From: a bacterium
GTDB taxonomy: Bacteria > Patescibacteriota > Minisyncoccia > Phycocordibacterales > UBA12088
Reading direction: 5' to 3'
Assembly: GCA_003252295.1 (NCBI GenBank)
Contig: QKEV01000003.1
Coordinates: 64,701-128,700, forward strand
DNA: 64,000 nt
Positions 36,903-47,979 of the stretch are shown here, one piece after another. Within the stretch, counting starts at the first letter, position 1. Every line of letters begins with the position of its first letter. A program made the translations under genes and the position numbers. Below the pieces are notes generated by a model, which saw nothing but the letters and a program-made list of their open reading frames with translations, had not been told where the DNA came from and made no database searches.

Positions 36903-38132
36903 ATGAAAATACAAACACCATACACACCACCAAAAAAGGTACTAGAACGCTACGCAGATGTTCTCGTGAACTTTGCCTTGAATAGTGGCGAGGGTATCAA
37001 GAAAGGAGAGGTGGTCGTTGTCTCAGCGAATGAGGCAGCTAAACCGCTCTTTGCAGAGGTGCTCCATGCTATTTGGAAGGCAGGTGGTCATACGATACAG
37101 AACTACTTGCCAAGCAATGAGTTATGGTTTGCTTTCGATAGAGCGTTCTATGAGTGTGCGGAAGATCATCAGATAACACACTTTCCTAGAAAGTATTTTA
37201 AAGGGCTTGCGGATGAAGCAGACCACAACATTTTTATCACTTCAAAGACTGATATAACATCACTTCAAGGTGTTGATCCAGAGAGGATAATGAAACGACA
37301 GTCAGTGCACAAGCCGTACCATGAATGGAGAGATAAAAAGGAATATGCAGGAAAGTTTACCTGGACTGTTGGATTGTACGGTACACCGCAGTTGGCAAAA
37401 GAAGCGGGACTCAGTGAGCGTGCATACTGGAACCAGATAGTGAAAGCGTGTTTCCTCGATGAGAAGGATCCGGTGAAAAAATGGAAAGAGGTGTACAAAA
37501 TGATGGATACGTACATCAAAAAACTCAACACACTCGATATAGATAGGTTGCATGTAGAGGGACGAGATGTAGATCTCTGGCTCACGTTAGGTGAGAAGAG
37601 AAAATGGATAGGTGGTAGCGGTAGGAATATTCCAAGTTTTGAGATATTTACCTCACCTGACTGGCGAGGGACAGAAGGGTGGATACGGTTTAACCAGCCA
37701 CTCTACGTGTATGGCAACTTGATAGATGGTATAGAGCTTGAGTTTGAGAAAGGGAAGGTGGTGAAGAGTAGTGCAAAGAAAAACAAGCAGGTACTCAAGA
37801 GTATGGTAGCTTCAAAGAATGCGGACAAGGTGGGAGAGTTCTCGCTTACCGATAGTCGTTTCTCTCGTATCACAAAGTTTATGGCGGAAACACTCTATGA
37901 TGAGAATGTGGGTGGTAAGTATGGTAATACGCATATAGCGCTCGGTGACTCATACCGTGACTGCTTTGATGGAGATCCTATGAAGGTAAAGAAGGTAGAA
38001 TGGAAAAAAATGGGCTTCAATGATTCACCAGTGCACACAGATATCGTTTCCACCACTGACAGGACGGTAACTGCATACCTGAAAAACGGAAAGGAACAGG
38101 TCATCTTTGAGAAGGGTCAGTTTATTTTGTAA
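36903..38132 (+). CDS. Aminopeptidase, M29 (AmpS/AmpT) family
   Basis: NIPSFEIFTSP, VGEFSL, TLYDENVGG..HIALG, NDSPVHTD. Confidence 0.92.
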   Translation: MKIQTPYTPPKKVLERYADVLVNFALNSGEGIKKGEVVVVSANEAAKPLFAEVLHAIWKAGGHTIQNYLPSNELWFAFDRAFYECAEDHQITHFPRKYFKGLADEADHNIFITSKTDITSLQGVDPERIMKRQSVHKPYHEWRDKKEYAGKFTWTVGLYGTPQLAKEAGLSERAYWNQIVKACFLDEKDPVKKWKEVYKMMDTYIKKLNTLDIDRLHVEGRDVDLWLTLGEKRKWIGGSGRNIPSFEIFTSPDWRGTEGWIRFNQPLYVYGNLIDGIELEFEKGKVVKSSAKKNKQVLKSMVASKNADKVGEFSLTDSRFSRITKFMAETLYDENVGGKYGNTHIALGDSYRDCFDGDPMKVKKVEWKKMGFNDSPVHTDIVSTTDRTVTAYLKNGKEQVIFEKGQFIL

Positions 38133-38141
38133 TATAGGTCT

Positions 38142-38543
38142 ATGAAGTTACAAGTTGGCGTAAAGGTGTTGCTCAAAAATGAAGAAGGTAAGTACCTGTT
38201 GCTGCACAGGAATACAGAGAAGTACAAGGGGGTGCAGGGTGAGTGGGATATTGTTGGCGGGCGCATAGACCCAGGTACCCCACTTATAGAAAATTTACAA
38301 AGAGAAGTGTATGAAGAAACAGGTCTCACGTTAAGTACTGAGCTGACACTCATTGCGGCTCAGGATATTCTCCTAGAGGAGAAGCATATCGTACGACTCA
38401 CCTACATAGGAAGTGCAGAGGGAGATATGGTGCTCGATACTAGTGAAAATGATCAGTACCGTTGGTACACCAAAGAGGAAATGGAGCAGGAAGAGAATTT
38501 AGATAGGTATCTACGTGAGGTTGTGGTAAATAACTTAAACTAA
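38142..38543 (+). CDS. NUDIX hydrolase
   Basis: WDIVGGRIDPG...LQREVYEETGL. Confidence 0.9.
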   Translation: MKLQVGVKVLLKNEEGKYLLLHRNTEKYKGVQGEWDIVGGRIDPGTPLIENLQREVYEETGLTLSTELTLIAAQDILLEEKHIVRLTYIGSAEGDMVLDTSENDQYRWYTKEEMEQEENLDRYLREVVVNNLN

Positions 38544-38545
38544 CA

Positions 38546-39115
38546 ATGAAAAACGCAATTATTTTACACGGCACATCAGATAAGGAGGAGTACTATTCAG
38601 CAGAGTATCCCTCGTCAAGTAACTTCCATTGGCTTCCTTGGCTACAGAAGCAGCTACTCATGCATGATATACCAGCAGCAACACCAGAAGTACCAAATGC
38701 ATATGAACCAGAGTATTCTATCTGGAAGAGAGAGTTTGAGCGTTTTGATGTTACCTCAGAAACTATTCTTGTAGGACACTCTTGTGGAGGTGGTTTTTTG
38801 GTGCGATGGCTTTCAGAACATAAAGACGTAACGGTAGGAAAGGTAGTCTTGGTTGCCCCATGGCTTGACCCAAACAATAGGAAAGGAAATCAGTTCTTTG
38901 ATTTTACTATTGACCCTGAGTTTACTGCGCGTACAAAAGGAATAACTATTTTCAATAGTGATAATGATATGGAAGAGGTACAGGAAAGTGTGCGGCAGAT
39001 ACGTGACAAAGTAAAAAACATTGAGTACAGAGAGTTTACAAATCACGGACATTTTTGCTTAAAGGATCTAGGCACAGAAGCTTTTCCAGAACTACTCAAA
39101 GAAGTCTTAAAATAA
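38546..39115 (+). CDS. Alpha/beta hydrolase, YdeN/RBBP9 family
   Basis: IILHG, WLPWL, GHSCGG, LVAPW, SDND, GHF. Confidence 0.9.
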   Translation: MKNAIILHGTSDKEEYYSAEYPSSSNFHWLPWLQKQLLMHDIPAATPEVPNAYEPEYSIWKREFERFDVTSETILVGHSCGGGFLVRWLSEHKDVTVGKVVLVAPWLDPNNRKGNQFFDFTIDPEFTARTKGITIFNSDNDMEEVQESVRQIRDKVKNIEYREFTNHGHFCLKDLGTEAFPELLKEVLK

Positions 39116-39119
39116 TGCT

Positions 39120-39362
39120 ATGACAGAAGTATATGCAGAAGCAGGTATAGGGAATGGAACGTTTTTCTCGACTGAGTACGAGGAGGGGGAGAAGGAGTGG
39201 CGCGTTCCTAGGTTTGAAAAACCCAAGAAAGTGTATGGGTACTATATACGTATATGGGTCTTCAAACATATGTTTGCGTTTACAACGTATGAAGGAATGA
39301 AGTATAAGAAAAAGAACCGCAACACCTTCAAACTACTCTTTGGTATTGGGGGTGAGGTGTAA
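39120..39362 (+). CDS. Small conserved hypothetical protein (DUF3977-like)
   Basis: EAGIGNGTFFSTEYE..YYIRIW..KKKNRNTFKLLFGI. Confidence 0.7.
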   Translation: MTEVYAEAGIGNGTFFSTEYEEGEKEWRVPRFEKPKKVYGYYIRIWVFKHMFAFTTYEGMKYKKKNRNTFKLLFGIGGEV

Positions 39363-39365
39363 AAG

Positions 39366-39420
39366 ATTCAGGTGATTATTCAGGTGATAAATACCCAAAG
39401 GGCACATGTCACCTGAATAA
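39366..39420. repeat. 12-bp unit TTATTCAGGTGA: two tandem copies and one inverted copy
   Basis: attcaggtga 39366-39375, ttattcaggtga 39376-39387, tcacctgaataa 39409-39420. Confidence 0.75.
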
Positions 39421-39494
39421 AAACTACCCCGACACAGTGTGTCGGGGTTTCATAAAGATAAAGTTCTTATGCGCAGTCTTTTTTTAAGACCGAC

Positions 39495-39737
39495 TTATTT
39501 TTTTGCGACGAACATGTTCTCGAGGTTTTCCCGTGTGAGGATTTCCACGACGAGCATAAGACGGTCAGGTTTTACACCAAGCTCACTTGCGATTTCATCG
39601 ATTTCCTCAAGAAGTCTTGCTTCGAGGTGCATATGTTTCGCTAAGTGGTGACGTGTAAATGCTATTGCAATGGCACCCATTTCTTCTTGAGACATTTCGA
39701 GCTTTCGCTCTGGAAAAGTGTGTACATTTTGAGACAT
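39495..39737 (-). CDS. Hypothetical protein
   Basis: SD AAGGAGG; upstream TTGACA-N17-TATATT on minus strand. Confidence 0.7.
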   Translation of the reverse strand: MSQNVHTFPERKLEMSQEEMGAIAIAFTRHHLAKHMHLEARLLEEIDEIASELGVKPDRLMLVVEILTRENLENMFVAKK

Positions 39738-39841
39738 AGTGTCCTCCTTGCAAAAGTACCGTATTCCTTACGGCAGGGTAGTTGAAAGAATCTCAATCTG
39801 ACTGTCTTGAATATACACTAAAAATAGTGTTATGTCAATAC

Positions 39842-40102
39842 CTATCCTCTCGCTAGTAGTCTGATAGCTTCGTTGATCTGCTCCTCACGTTGCTCTTTGG
39901 GAAGTTTTTCGCACTTGTGTATGTGATGAGCAATGTACTCCTCGCTCACACCCTGCAGTGCACTTCGAGCAGCTTTTACCTGGGTGATGAACTCTTTACA
40001 GTCAGCACAGGTACCTCCTTCAATGATGCGTTTTAGGGCACGGATCTGACCTTCCGCTCTATTTAGTCGGTGTATGAGCTTAGTTGATGATTCTTTATCC
40101 AT
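39842..40102 (-). CDS. CsoR/RcnR-family repressor
   Basis: RLNRAEGQIRAL..C.EFITQVKAARSAL..HIHKC; start reassigned to 40102. Confidence 0.92.
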   Translation of the reverse strand: MDKESSTKLIHRLNRAEGQIRALKRIIEGGTCADCKEFITQVKAARSALQGVSEEYIAHHIHKCEKLPKEQREEQINEAIRLLARG

Positions 40103-40146
40103 GCACACATTATACATATATACGGCTTGGGGTACATACAAAACAC

Positions 40147-40176
40147 TTGACTTATATATACCCCTAGGGGTATACT
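40147..40176 (+). promoter_or_regulatory. Promoter (TTGACT...TATACT) overlapped by CsoR/RcnR-type operator TATACCCCTAGGGGTATA
   Basis: Perfect 18-bp palindrome at 40157-40174 with C/G tracts typical of CsoR-family operators, between the divergent genes. Confidence 0.85.
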
Positions 40177-40185
40177 ACACCAACT

Positions 40186-41775
40186 ATGAAAATAAGCAAT
40201 AAGCAGGCACGTGTACTTGGAGCAGGGGCAGTAACCCTTGCGCTTTTTAGTATACTCTACGTATTTATAGGTAATAAAGATGAGGAGGTGAGAGTCACAA
40301 AGGTGCAGGATGAGGTGTATCTAGAAAAGGCAGATACCATACCGGTACGTGTTTCAGGGGTACTCACTGCCGCTGACACAATGGTGGTGTACGCGGAAAC
40401 TTCGGGAAACGTGAACCATATTGCTCGTGAAGGTGATACGGTTGGGGTGGGTACACTCATTGCACAGCTCGATGCACCGGTAACACAAGCCCAGCTGTCA
40501 CTTTCAAATGCACAGAGTGCACTCACGAGCTCACAGCAGCAGCTGGCACTGGAGACCGCCAACATGCAACGTATTGCACAAGACAGTGCTTATGAGAGTG
40601 CGACGAGTATTGCGACACTGCGCAGTGTCGGTAATGAGTCACAGGTACGTATCACTCGTACGCAGCTCCTAGCAGGTATTGAGCAGTCGCTCCTCACGAG
40701 TGTACGAGCACTCGACTACATAGACACCAACAGGCGCTTGTTTACGAGTGATGGTATGGATGAGTACAAGCTCGCTGTTGAAGCACTCTATGGTAGTAAC
40801 CCAAACTTCTTACGTTCAGGAATGCTTTCTGCAAGTACCGGTGATGATAGTGAACTCTTAGAACGACTCCATACACTGCAGGGAAATGATGAAGCAGATG
40901 TTGCCGCGGTACTTCTCTTGGCAACCGATACAAACGTCGTCTTGAACCGCATACACAACGCCCTCATGACCGGTGAAGAAGATGCACTCGATGAGCGGGA
41001 GACACAGGTGGGTGGTGATGTGTACGAATCATACATGGCGATGCGCAGTGCGATAGTAAATGCAAAGACAAACCTTTCTTCATACAAACTTGCGCTTCAG
41101 GCAGCACAAGATGCAGCACAGCAAGATAGTGTCGTCCAGGTGACGAATACCAAGGTTACTGACGCGAGTGCAGCACTGGCACGGAGTGCCGCAGAGCTGC
41201 AAGCTTCCATAGATGAGCAGGCGCAGAGTGTTGCACGGTCAAACTCAGAGGTGCTCCGCGCACAGTTGAGTCTCGCGTACACACAAGCACCGTTTGCTGG
41301 TGTGGTGAGTAAGGTGTATGTAGAAGACGGTGAGTATGTGACACCAGGGACACCGCTTTTAGAGCTTCGGGGAACGGGAGTGTATGAGGTGGCAGTGACT
41401 GTGCCGGCTGAGTTTGCCTCATACGTTGCTAAGGGTCAGCCGTTTACCATAGACGGTGCCACTATTGGGTACGTTGATCGATTTGCACCGGTCTTACAGA
41501 ACGGTGCACTTGAAGTATTCCTTGTTGTTGGTGGTGACTCATACAGGAGTGGCGAGGTGCTTGCCGGAACACTCGAACTTGCAAGTACGAATGGTGATGT
41601 GTACAGCATTGGGCGAGAGTACGTACACTTTAGCAGTACCGGTCCGTACGTTCGCTTTACTGACAATGAGTCAACATCGGTTGCTGTCGTGTATGACAGG
41701 GGAGATACACTCTACGTAAAACCAGTACAGGTACGTGAGACAGCACTCCTCTCAGCAGTTGGTGGAACACTCTAA
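40186..41775 (+). CDS. RND-type membrane fusion protein with long helical hairpin
   Basis: TM anchor; EGDTVGVGTLIAQLD; APFAGVVSKVYVEDGEYVTPGTPL. Confidence 0.88.
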   Translation: MKISNKQARVLGAGAVTLALFSILYVFIGNKDEEVRVTKVQDEVYLEKADTIPVRVSGVLTAADTMVVYAETSGNVNHIAREGDTVGVGTLIAQLDAPVTQAQLSLSNAQSALTSSQQQLALETANMQRIAQDSAYESATSIATLRSVGNESQVRITRTQLLAGIEQSLLTSVRALDYIDTNRRLFTSDGMDEYKLAVEALYGSNPNFLRSGMLSASTGDDSELLERLHTLQGNDEADVAAVLLLATDTNVVLNRIHNALMTGEEDALDERETQVGGDVYESYMAMRSAIVNAKTNLSSYKLALQAAQDAAQQDSVVQVTNTKVTDASAALARSAAELQASIDEQAQSVARSNSEVLRAQLSLAYTQAPFAGVVSKVYVEDGEYVTPGTPLLELRGTGVYEVAVTVPAEFASYVAKGQPFTIDGATIGYVDRFAPVLQNGALEVFLVVGGDSYRSGEVLAGTLELASTNGDVYSIGREYVHFSSTGPYVRFTDNESTSVAVVYDRGDTLYVKPVQVRETALLSAVGGTL

Positions 41776-41787
41776 CAGACAGGCATC

Positions 41788-44700
41788 ATGGAAGAAGATA
41801 AACATATAAATATAGTTGGGCGCGTGAGTCACTTCTTTACGACACATAGACCGCTCTCTGTACTCTTACTCATTACCTCACTCGTTTTCGGGATAGTGTC
41901 ATTCTACCTTACGCCGAAGCAGTACAATCCTGAGATAAAACGTCCTGCCTTTGCTATATCACTCGACTACAGTGGTGCAACGATACAGGAGTCACTCGAT
42001 AGGGTGGTGTATGAGATGGTGGAGAAGGTGGGTACCGTGCCTGGTGTTGATGATATCTATACGCAAGTCACTGATGGATCGCACATTGTCACAACAGTCA
42101 TCTTTGAAGTGGGGTATGACACCACGAAGGCGAAGGTGGACCTCACGACACAGCTCAACCAGCACAGCTACCTTGCACGTGGCTTCATATCCGTACCAAG
42201 CATCATCGAGATAAACCCGGAGACGGTCCCCGTGCTTCAGGTGGTCTTTGGGTCTCCTACACTCACGCTCACTGAACTACGTGAACGTGTTGTTACGCTC
42301 TCACATGCGCTCACGCAAATAGAGAACGTCAGTGAGGTGTCTGTGACCGGTGCGTACAGAGAGGTGCTCAAGGTGGAGGTAGATCCGGCAAAGCTCTTAG
42401 CGTACAACCTCACTGTTGAGGAGGTTGCACAGGTGCTCACGAGTAGTCAAAACAGGACAGTGCAGAACGGTGTGGTGAACGACGAGTACCAAATAGAGAT
42501 AGTCTACGACGCTCGCGCTAATTCTCCCGAAGAAGTGGGGTCTCGTGAAGTGAGGAGTGGTGTCCTCGTGCGTGACGTTGCTCATGTATACGTGGGAAGT
42601 AGTAACGGACGTTCGTACGTACTGCATACGAGCAAAGAGAGTGGTACACAGAGTGAGGTGGTCATGCTCTCTGTTGCAAAAGTGGAGGGTTCGAGTGCTC
42701 CTGTTGTGACGAGAGCTGTGCAGGACGAGATAGAACTACTACTCGAGCAAGATGCGTACGCCGGTGTGGAATATCGAGTAGTTGGTGATGATGGTAAAAC
42801 AGCATCAAATGCCATTAACGGTCTCACACAAAACCTCATTACCTCTATCGTGATTGTGGCATTGGTACTCTTCCTCTTTCTCTCGGTACGAGCCGCACTC
42901 GTGGTCTTGGTTGCTATACCGGTCACACTACTCATTGTCTTTGGACTCGGCTACCTCTTTGGAGAAACGATTAACCGTATCACCCTCTTTGCACTCATCC
43001 TCTCTCTCGGTCTCCTCGTAGACTCTGCGATTGTGGTAGTTGAAAACATATACAGTCATTTGAAATATGCTCACGGTAGCGCATCTCCAAAGAATCGAGA
43101 AAAGGTAATAGCACATGCGGTGCATGAGATAGGGGTCGGTCTCTTACTCTCAACGGTCACCTCGGTTATCGTGTTTCTCCCGATGCGCTACATCACCGGC
43201 ATGATGGGACCCTACATGGGACCGATAGCGTTCTTCGTTCCAGCTGCACTCATCATTTCTCTCTTGGTAGCAATCGTAGTGACGCCGTTCATTGCCTCAC
43301 ACCTCTTGAAGGGGGAGGAGAAAGAGACTCGTTTGAGTCGTGCTGTGAATAGGTACGTAGAAAAGGTGACCAGTTTTTACACTCGAGTCCTCACAGCTAT
43401 AGTACACAGTAGGAGCAACCAAAAGAAGCTGCTCCTTGGGGCACTCATGCTCTTTGGTGTATCACTCCTCTTGCCGCTCTCTGGGTTAGTGCATTTCCAG
43501 ATGCTTCCACGTGCTGACCAAGATCAGTTTTACGTGTACTACGATGGTCCTACCGGTACGTCAGTAGAACGTACGAAGGAGACGACTACTCGTTGCGTAC
43601 TTTTCAGAGTATGAAGCAGTGGAGAGTATACAGAGCTTTGTTGCTACAGCACCAATACTTGATTTCAATGGACTCTTTAAGGGTGCGCAAAATAGGAGCG
43701 CTGCAAACCAGTCGACACTCCGTGTGAACATAACACCGAGCGATGAACGGAGCTTGAGTTCAAGTGATGTGGTGAGTGACCTGCGTCACCTGCTCAAAGC
43801 AACGTACCCTGAGATTGCAGAAGACGTGCAGTTTATTGAGGAGCCACCTGGTCCACCGGTTCGTGCAACACTCGTTGCAAAGGTACTCAATGAGGATGAG
43901 GATGTACGTAACCACTTTGCCAATGCACTTGCAACGTATATGGATACACGCGAAGGAGTAGAAGATGTTCACGTGCAGCGGGATGATGCGACGGGACGCG
44001 TAGTGTATACACTCAACCATGACGCACTTCGTGAGTATGGGGTAACGCAGAGTGCTGTAGAGAATATGCTCACCCTCATGCAGAGCGGTATTGAGGTGTC
44101 AGAGTTCTCCTCAGCACGGTCTAATGAGTACAGTCCTGTTATTTTGTCACTCGGGTATGCTGACCGTTCAGCACCATCGAGTATCGATACACTGTACGTG
44201 AGGAGTGGTACGGGAACACTCATTCCACTTTCGTCGGTAGTAGACATTAGCTACGAGGAGCGTCCTTCTGTTGTGATGCTCGAGGATGGTCTCCTTACGA
44301 CCTACGTGACCGCTGAGGTGGAGAACAGGTCTATTGTGTACGTTGTCATAGAACTCATGCGAGGACTCATTACTGGCGATGTTCCTGGATACAAGGTTAC
44401 TGATTGGGGGCTGTTCTCACTCACCCTTACGGATGAGGACGGGGAACAGGTGCAGCTTGTCTGGGGTGGTGAATGGGAGATGACGCTCGAGAACTTCCGT
44501 GATCTCGGTATAGCTATGGGTGTTGCTCTCATGCTCGTCTATGCGGTCTTAGTGGCACAGTACAATCGCTTTGCGACACCTGCTTTCATACTGGTCACGG
44601 TACCACTCGGGCTTGTGGGCATACTGTGGGGTTTTCTGGTGCTCGATACGGTGTTCGGTGTTTACCTCACTGCTACGGCACTCATTGGCTTTATAGCGCT

Positions 44701-44983
44701 CATAGGACTCGTGGTGAACAATGCCATTATCTACCTTGAGTACGTTGAACAGGCACAGAACGAAGGCGCTGCTTTTAGAGATGCGCTTGTTGAGGCAGGG
44801 CGGGCACGGTTGCGTCCAATCGTACTCACTTCGTTCACTACTATTCTCGGAAGCTTAACGATAGCAGGTGACCCGGTATGGTCGGGGCTCGCATGGGCGA
44901 TCGTGTTCGGTCTTTCACTTTCGACAGTACTTACGCTCGTTGTGTATCCGACTTTGCTCGTCTTCTTCACTAATAAAGATTAA
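41788..44983 (+). pseudogene. AcrB/CzcA-family RND permease split by a +1 frameshift near 43588
   Basis: First part: LILSLGLLVDSAIVVVENI; second part: GFIALIGLVVNNAII, RLRPIVLT; the shifted frame reads LVAYFSEYEAVESIQ into the second ORF. Confidence 0.88.
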
Positions 44984-45001
44984 AAAATAACAAATAAGAT
45001 C

Positions 45002-45247
45002 ATGTTTGCACTACATACAAAAAATATTACCGAAGAGGTAACACTGAAGCAGCTTCCCACACTACGGCAATCATTTGTTGTGGCGTCACTACTCATCATT
45101 ACAGGGGTAGTTCTTGCACACTATGTACACGAATGGTTCATTGCACTCTCACTTCTTGTTGCCGGTGGACTCATGTTTTCAGGAACGGTTGGCTTCTGCC
45201 CTATGGTGCTCATATTGCAAAAGATGCCGTGGAACAAGGGAGAGTAA
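45002..45247 (+). CDS. DUF2892/YgaP-like membrane protein
   Basis: Two TMs with GLMFSGTVGFCPMVLILQKMPWN. Confidence 0.9.
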   Translation: MFALHTKNITEEVTLKQLPTLRQSFVVASLLIITGVVLAHYVHEWFIALSLLVAGGLMFSGTVGFCPMVLILQKMPWNKGE

Positions 45248-45337
45248 ATTGTTGACGACATTCACGTGAGCAGGTACCCTGTGACTCGGAGTTTTGTGTA
45301 ATAGAAACAAATATAGAACCTTTACGAGGAGAGTTGT

Positions 45338-45541
45338 GTGACGAAGGGTAAGAAAGAAAAGAAACTGTATAGAGTTGAGGAACATCATGTTGCTCTTTCA
45401 AGCGGGTATGCTTGCTGTCCCATAGTGACCATGTCACGTAAAGATGAATACGTAATCAGGAATGGTATTGGCAACAAGGTGGTACTCAATACTGAGGAGT
45501 TCAATGCTCTTCGTCAAGCATTTCAGGATGGTGTTTTGTAG
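45338..45541 (+). CDS. Small hypothetical protein
   Basis: GTG start with SD GAGGAG; CCP motif; terminator downstream. Confidence 0.6.
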   Translation: MTKGKKEKKLYRVEEHHVALSSGYACCPIVTMSRKDEYVIRNGIGNKVVLNTEEFNALRQAFQDGVL

Positions 45542-45672
45542 TTTCATATTGTTTATAAGCCCGGTCACCATGTACCGGGCTTTTGCTATGTAATAGGTTG
45601 TTGTTGAAAAAAAGTGAATACTATGGAATAGTGGTGCCAGAAAACCACAATCATTTACAGGAGGAAGATGCT

Positions 45673-46071
45673 ATGAAAAAAAGAGGACTTCATTCTTGTG
45701 TATTCATGTTGAGTCTTTTCTTTACCATGCTCTGCGGCTTTTGTTTTTTTGGTGAGCCGAATGAGAACATGGTTGATCTGTGTTCGACACTGCTGCAGAT
45801 AACACTATTTTGTATATTCATCACTGTCTGTGGTGCTTGTATATTACTCATGTATCGGTACACAGAGAAGGTGACACCAAAAAAGGCAGAAACTGATTTC
45901 TCAACTTTAAGTGCTCTTTGTACGCTCCCTGACGGGATATGCTCAAAGGAACGTATGAGGGAGATCATCAAGAAGCCAAGTATTGTTGACCCAAAACCTC
46001 GGGATGAGGAGTTAAAAAGAAAGGTCGAAAAGTTTTTTACTGAGACCTTGCGTCATGGTAAGAGGTTCTAG
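45673..46071 (+). CDS. Hypothetical Cys-rich two-TM protein
   Basis: SD AGGAGG upstream of ATG 45673; two hydrophobic helices. Confidence 0.65.
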   Translation: MKKRGLHSCVFMLSLFFTMLCGFCFFGEPNENMVDLCSTLLQITLFCIFITVCGACILLMYRYTEKVTPKKAETDFSTLSALCTLPDGICSKERMREIIKKPSIVDPKPRDEELKRKVEKFFTETLRHGKRF

Positions 46072-46140
46072 TTGTATCGAAAGTTTTTATGAAAGCAGGC
46101 ACTTGTGCCTGCTTTTCTATTGCACTGTATACTTACATGC

Positions 46141-46401
46141 ATGGGTGAAGAAAACATATGGTATGTCTACATGCTGGAGTGTGGGGATGGATCGCTGTAT
46201 ACAGGCGTGACGACCGACCTATCACGGAGAGTGACAGAACACAGGGAAGGGCGAGGGGCAAAGTACACAAAGATGAAAGGAGTACGGGATCTTGTGTACC
46301 ATGAACAACGTTCAACAAAGTCAGAAGCACTGCAGAGAGAAGCAGCAATCAAGCATATGAGTAGGAAACAGAAGCAATTGCTCCTCGAAGATAAAAAATA
46401 G
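46141..46401 (+). CDS. GIY-YIG nuclease-family protein (YhbQ-like)
   Basis: WYVYMLECGDGSLYTGVTTDLSRRV..H..G.GAKYT; ALQRE..IK. Confidence 0.93.
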   Translation: MGEENIWYVYMLECGDGSLYTGVTTDLSRRVTEHREGRGAKYTKMKGVRDLVYHEQRSTKSEALQREAAIKHMSRKQKQLLLEDKK

Positions 46402-46409
46402 ATATATAA

Positions 46410-46444
46410 AAACAAAACCCTCCAAGACTTGGAGGGTTTTGTTT
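46410..46444. terminator. Bidirectional terminator between convergent genes
   Basis: aaacaaaaccctccaag-a-cttggagggttttgttt. Confidence 0.85.
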
Positions 46445-46454
46445 AATAACTTTA

Positions 46455-47750
46455 TTACTTTGCAACAAACGTCAGCGCCTTACCTTTCTTGTCGCTTCTG
46501 CCGGTGCGCCCGATGCGGTGTACGTAATCCTCAAATGAGGTAGGAAGGTCGTAGTTGATTACATGAGACACGTTATCAACATGAATACCACGAGCGGCTA
46601 CATCGGTTGCCACGAGCACTCGTGCATTTCCACTCTTGAACTTAGCAAGAGCACGTTGTCGCTGACCATGTGTCTTGTTGCCATGAATAGCTTCTGATGC
46701 AATACCTCGTCTGTTGAGGTCTTCAGAAAGCTTCTGCACCTTGTGCTTCATTGCACCAAACACGATCACGCGCCTCAATGTTGTGTCATCAAACAGTGAT
46801 ACGAGTGTTTCAAGTTTACTGTCGTCACGGTAGCGTACCACGTCCTGCTCAATGCTATTAGTAACATCCTTTTTCTTTACTGAAACCTCTATTGGATTCT
46901 GTAGGAATTCAGTTACCAAGTCTTTCGTATTTTTATCGATGGTTGCAGAAAAGAAATGTGTTTCTCTGTCACGAGGTGTTGCCTTTAGGATAGAACGTAT
47001 GTCGTGAATGAATCCCATGTCGAGCATGCGGTCTGCCTCGTCAAGAACTACTGCTGAAAGGTCAGTAGTAGTGAAATGCTTCTGTCGTATGAGGTCAAGA
47101 ACACGGCCTGGAGTACCAATGATAAAGTGGTTCCTGTTTCGGAGCTTCTTTATCTGTGGTCCGATACCGGTTCCGCCTACGCAGACAACTGAATACACTT
47201 TCATACCTTTGGTAAGCTTGTGTAGCTCATTTTCTATCTGTATCGCAAGTTCACGAGTTGGAGCAAGAATGAGTGTCTGTCGCCATGAGTCCTTGAGTGT
47301 CTTGTGTATGAGTGGAAGAAGGAATGCTGCTGTTTTACCGGTACCTGTTTCAGCTAGACCAATAACATCATTTCCTTCGAGGATAACCGGTATAACCTTG
47401 TCCTGTATTGGTGAAGGGATAGAGAAGCCCATATCGAGTACTGTATGTACCAGGCGTGGATCTAGACCAAATGTCGTAAAGTCATTTTGAGGGGTATAGT
47501 GTTCCTCTTTGGCTTCAACAGGGTTTTTGTTGATAAACTGTGACGGGTCAAAGGTTGGTAACCTTCTCTTGTTGCCATTTCCATGACGTCTTCCACCGAA
47601 GTGGCTCCTACCACCACGTCTTTTTTGATCCCCTTGTACAGGTGAATTACCCCCTTGGAAACGTCGCCTTCGGGAATTACTCTTGGGCGTGAATTTTTTA
47701 CGGTTCACAGCACCACTACTTCGACTACGTCGATTTGTTTTAGTTTGCAT
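46455..47750 (-). CDS. DEAD-box RNA helicase with Arg/Gly-rich N-terminus
   Basis: Q motif, AETGTGKT, PTRELA, TPGR, DEAD, SAT, ARGIH, HRIGRTGR. Confidence 0.97.
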   Translation of the reverse strand: MQTKTNRRSRSSGAVNRKKFTPKSNSRRRRFQGGNSPVQGDQKRRGGRSHFGGRRHGNGNKRRLPTFDPSQFINKNPVEAKEEHYTPQNDFTTFGLDPRLVHTVLDMGFSIPSPIQDKVIPVILEGNDVIGLAETGTGKTAAFLLPLIHKTLKDSWRQTLILAPTRELAIQIENELHKLTKGMKVYSVVCVGGTGIGPQIKKLRNRNHFIIGTPGRVLDLIRQKHFTTTDLSAVVLDEADRMLDMGFIHDIRSILKATPRDRETHFFSATIDKNTKDLVTEFLQNPIEVSVKKKDVTNSIEQDVVRYRDDSKLETLVSLFDDTTLRRVIVFGAMKHKVQKLSEDLNRRGIASEAIHGNKTHGQRQRALAKFKSGNARVLVATDVAARGIHVDNVSHVINYDLPTSFEDYVHRIGRTGRSDKKGKALTFVAK

Positions 47751-47979
47751 TATTAGTTTGTTAGTGAGGCGCGCTCTATTTTTTTTGCGTCTCGAGCTGT
47801 GCGGAAAGTAATCAGAAAAAAGACATCAGGTCAGAATCTGCAGCTCAAGCCCCACACGAGTATCTATAAGCTTATGCAGATAATACTATATAAATAAACA
47901 TGTGTCAAATATAGTTACATGTGGTTATATTTTGTGATTTACCAGTTTACAAAAATACCCACTATGTTATAAAGGATGC

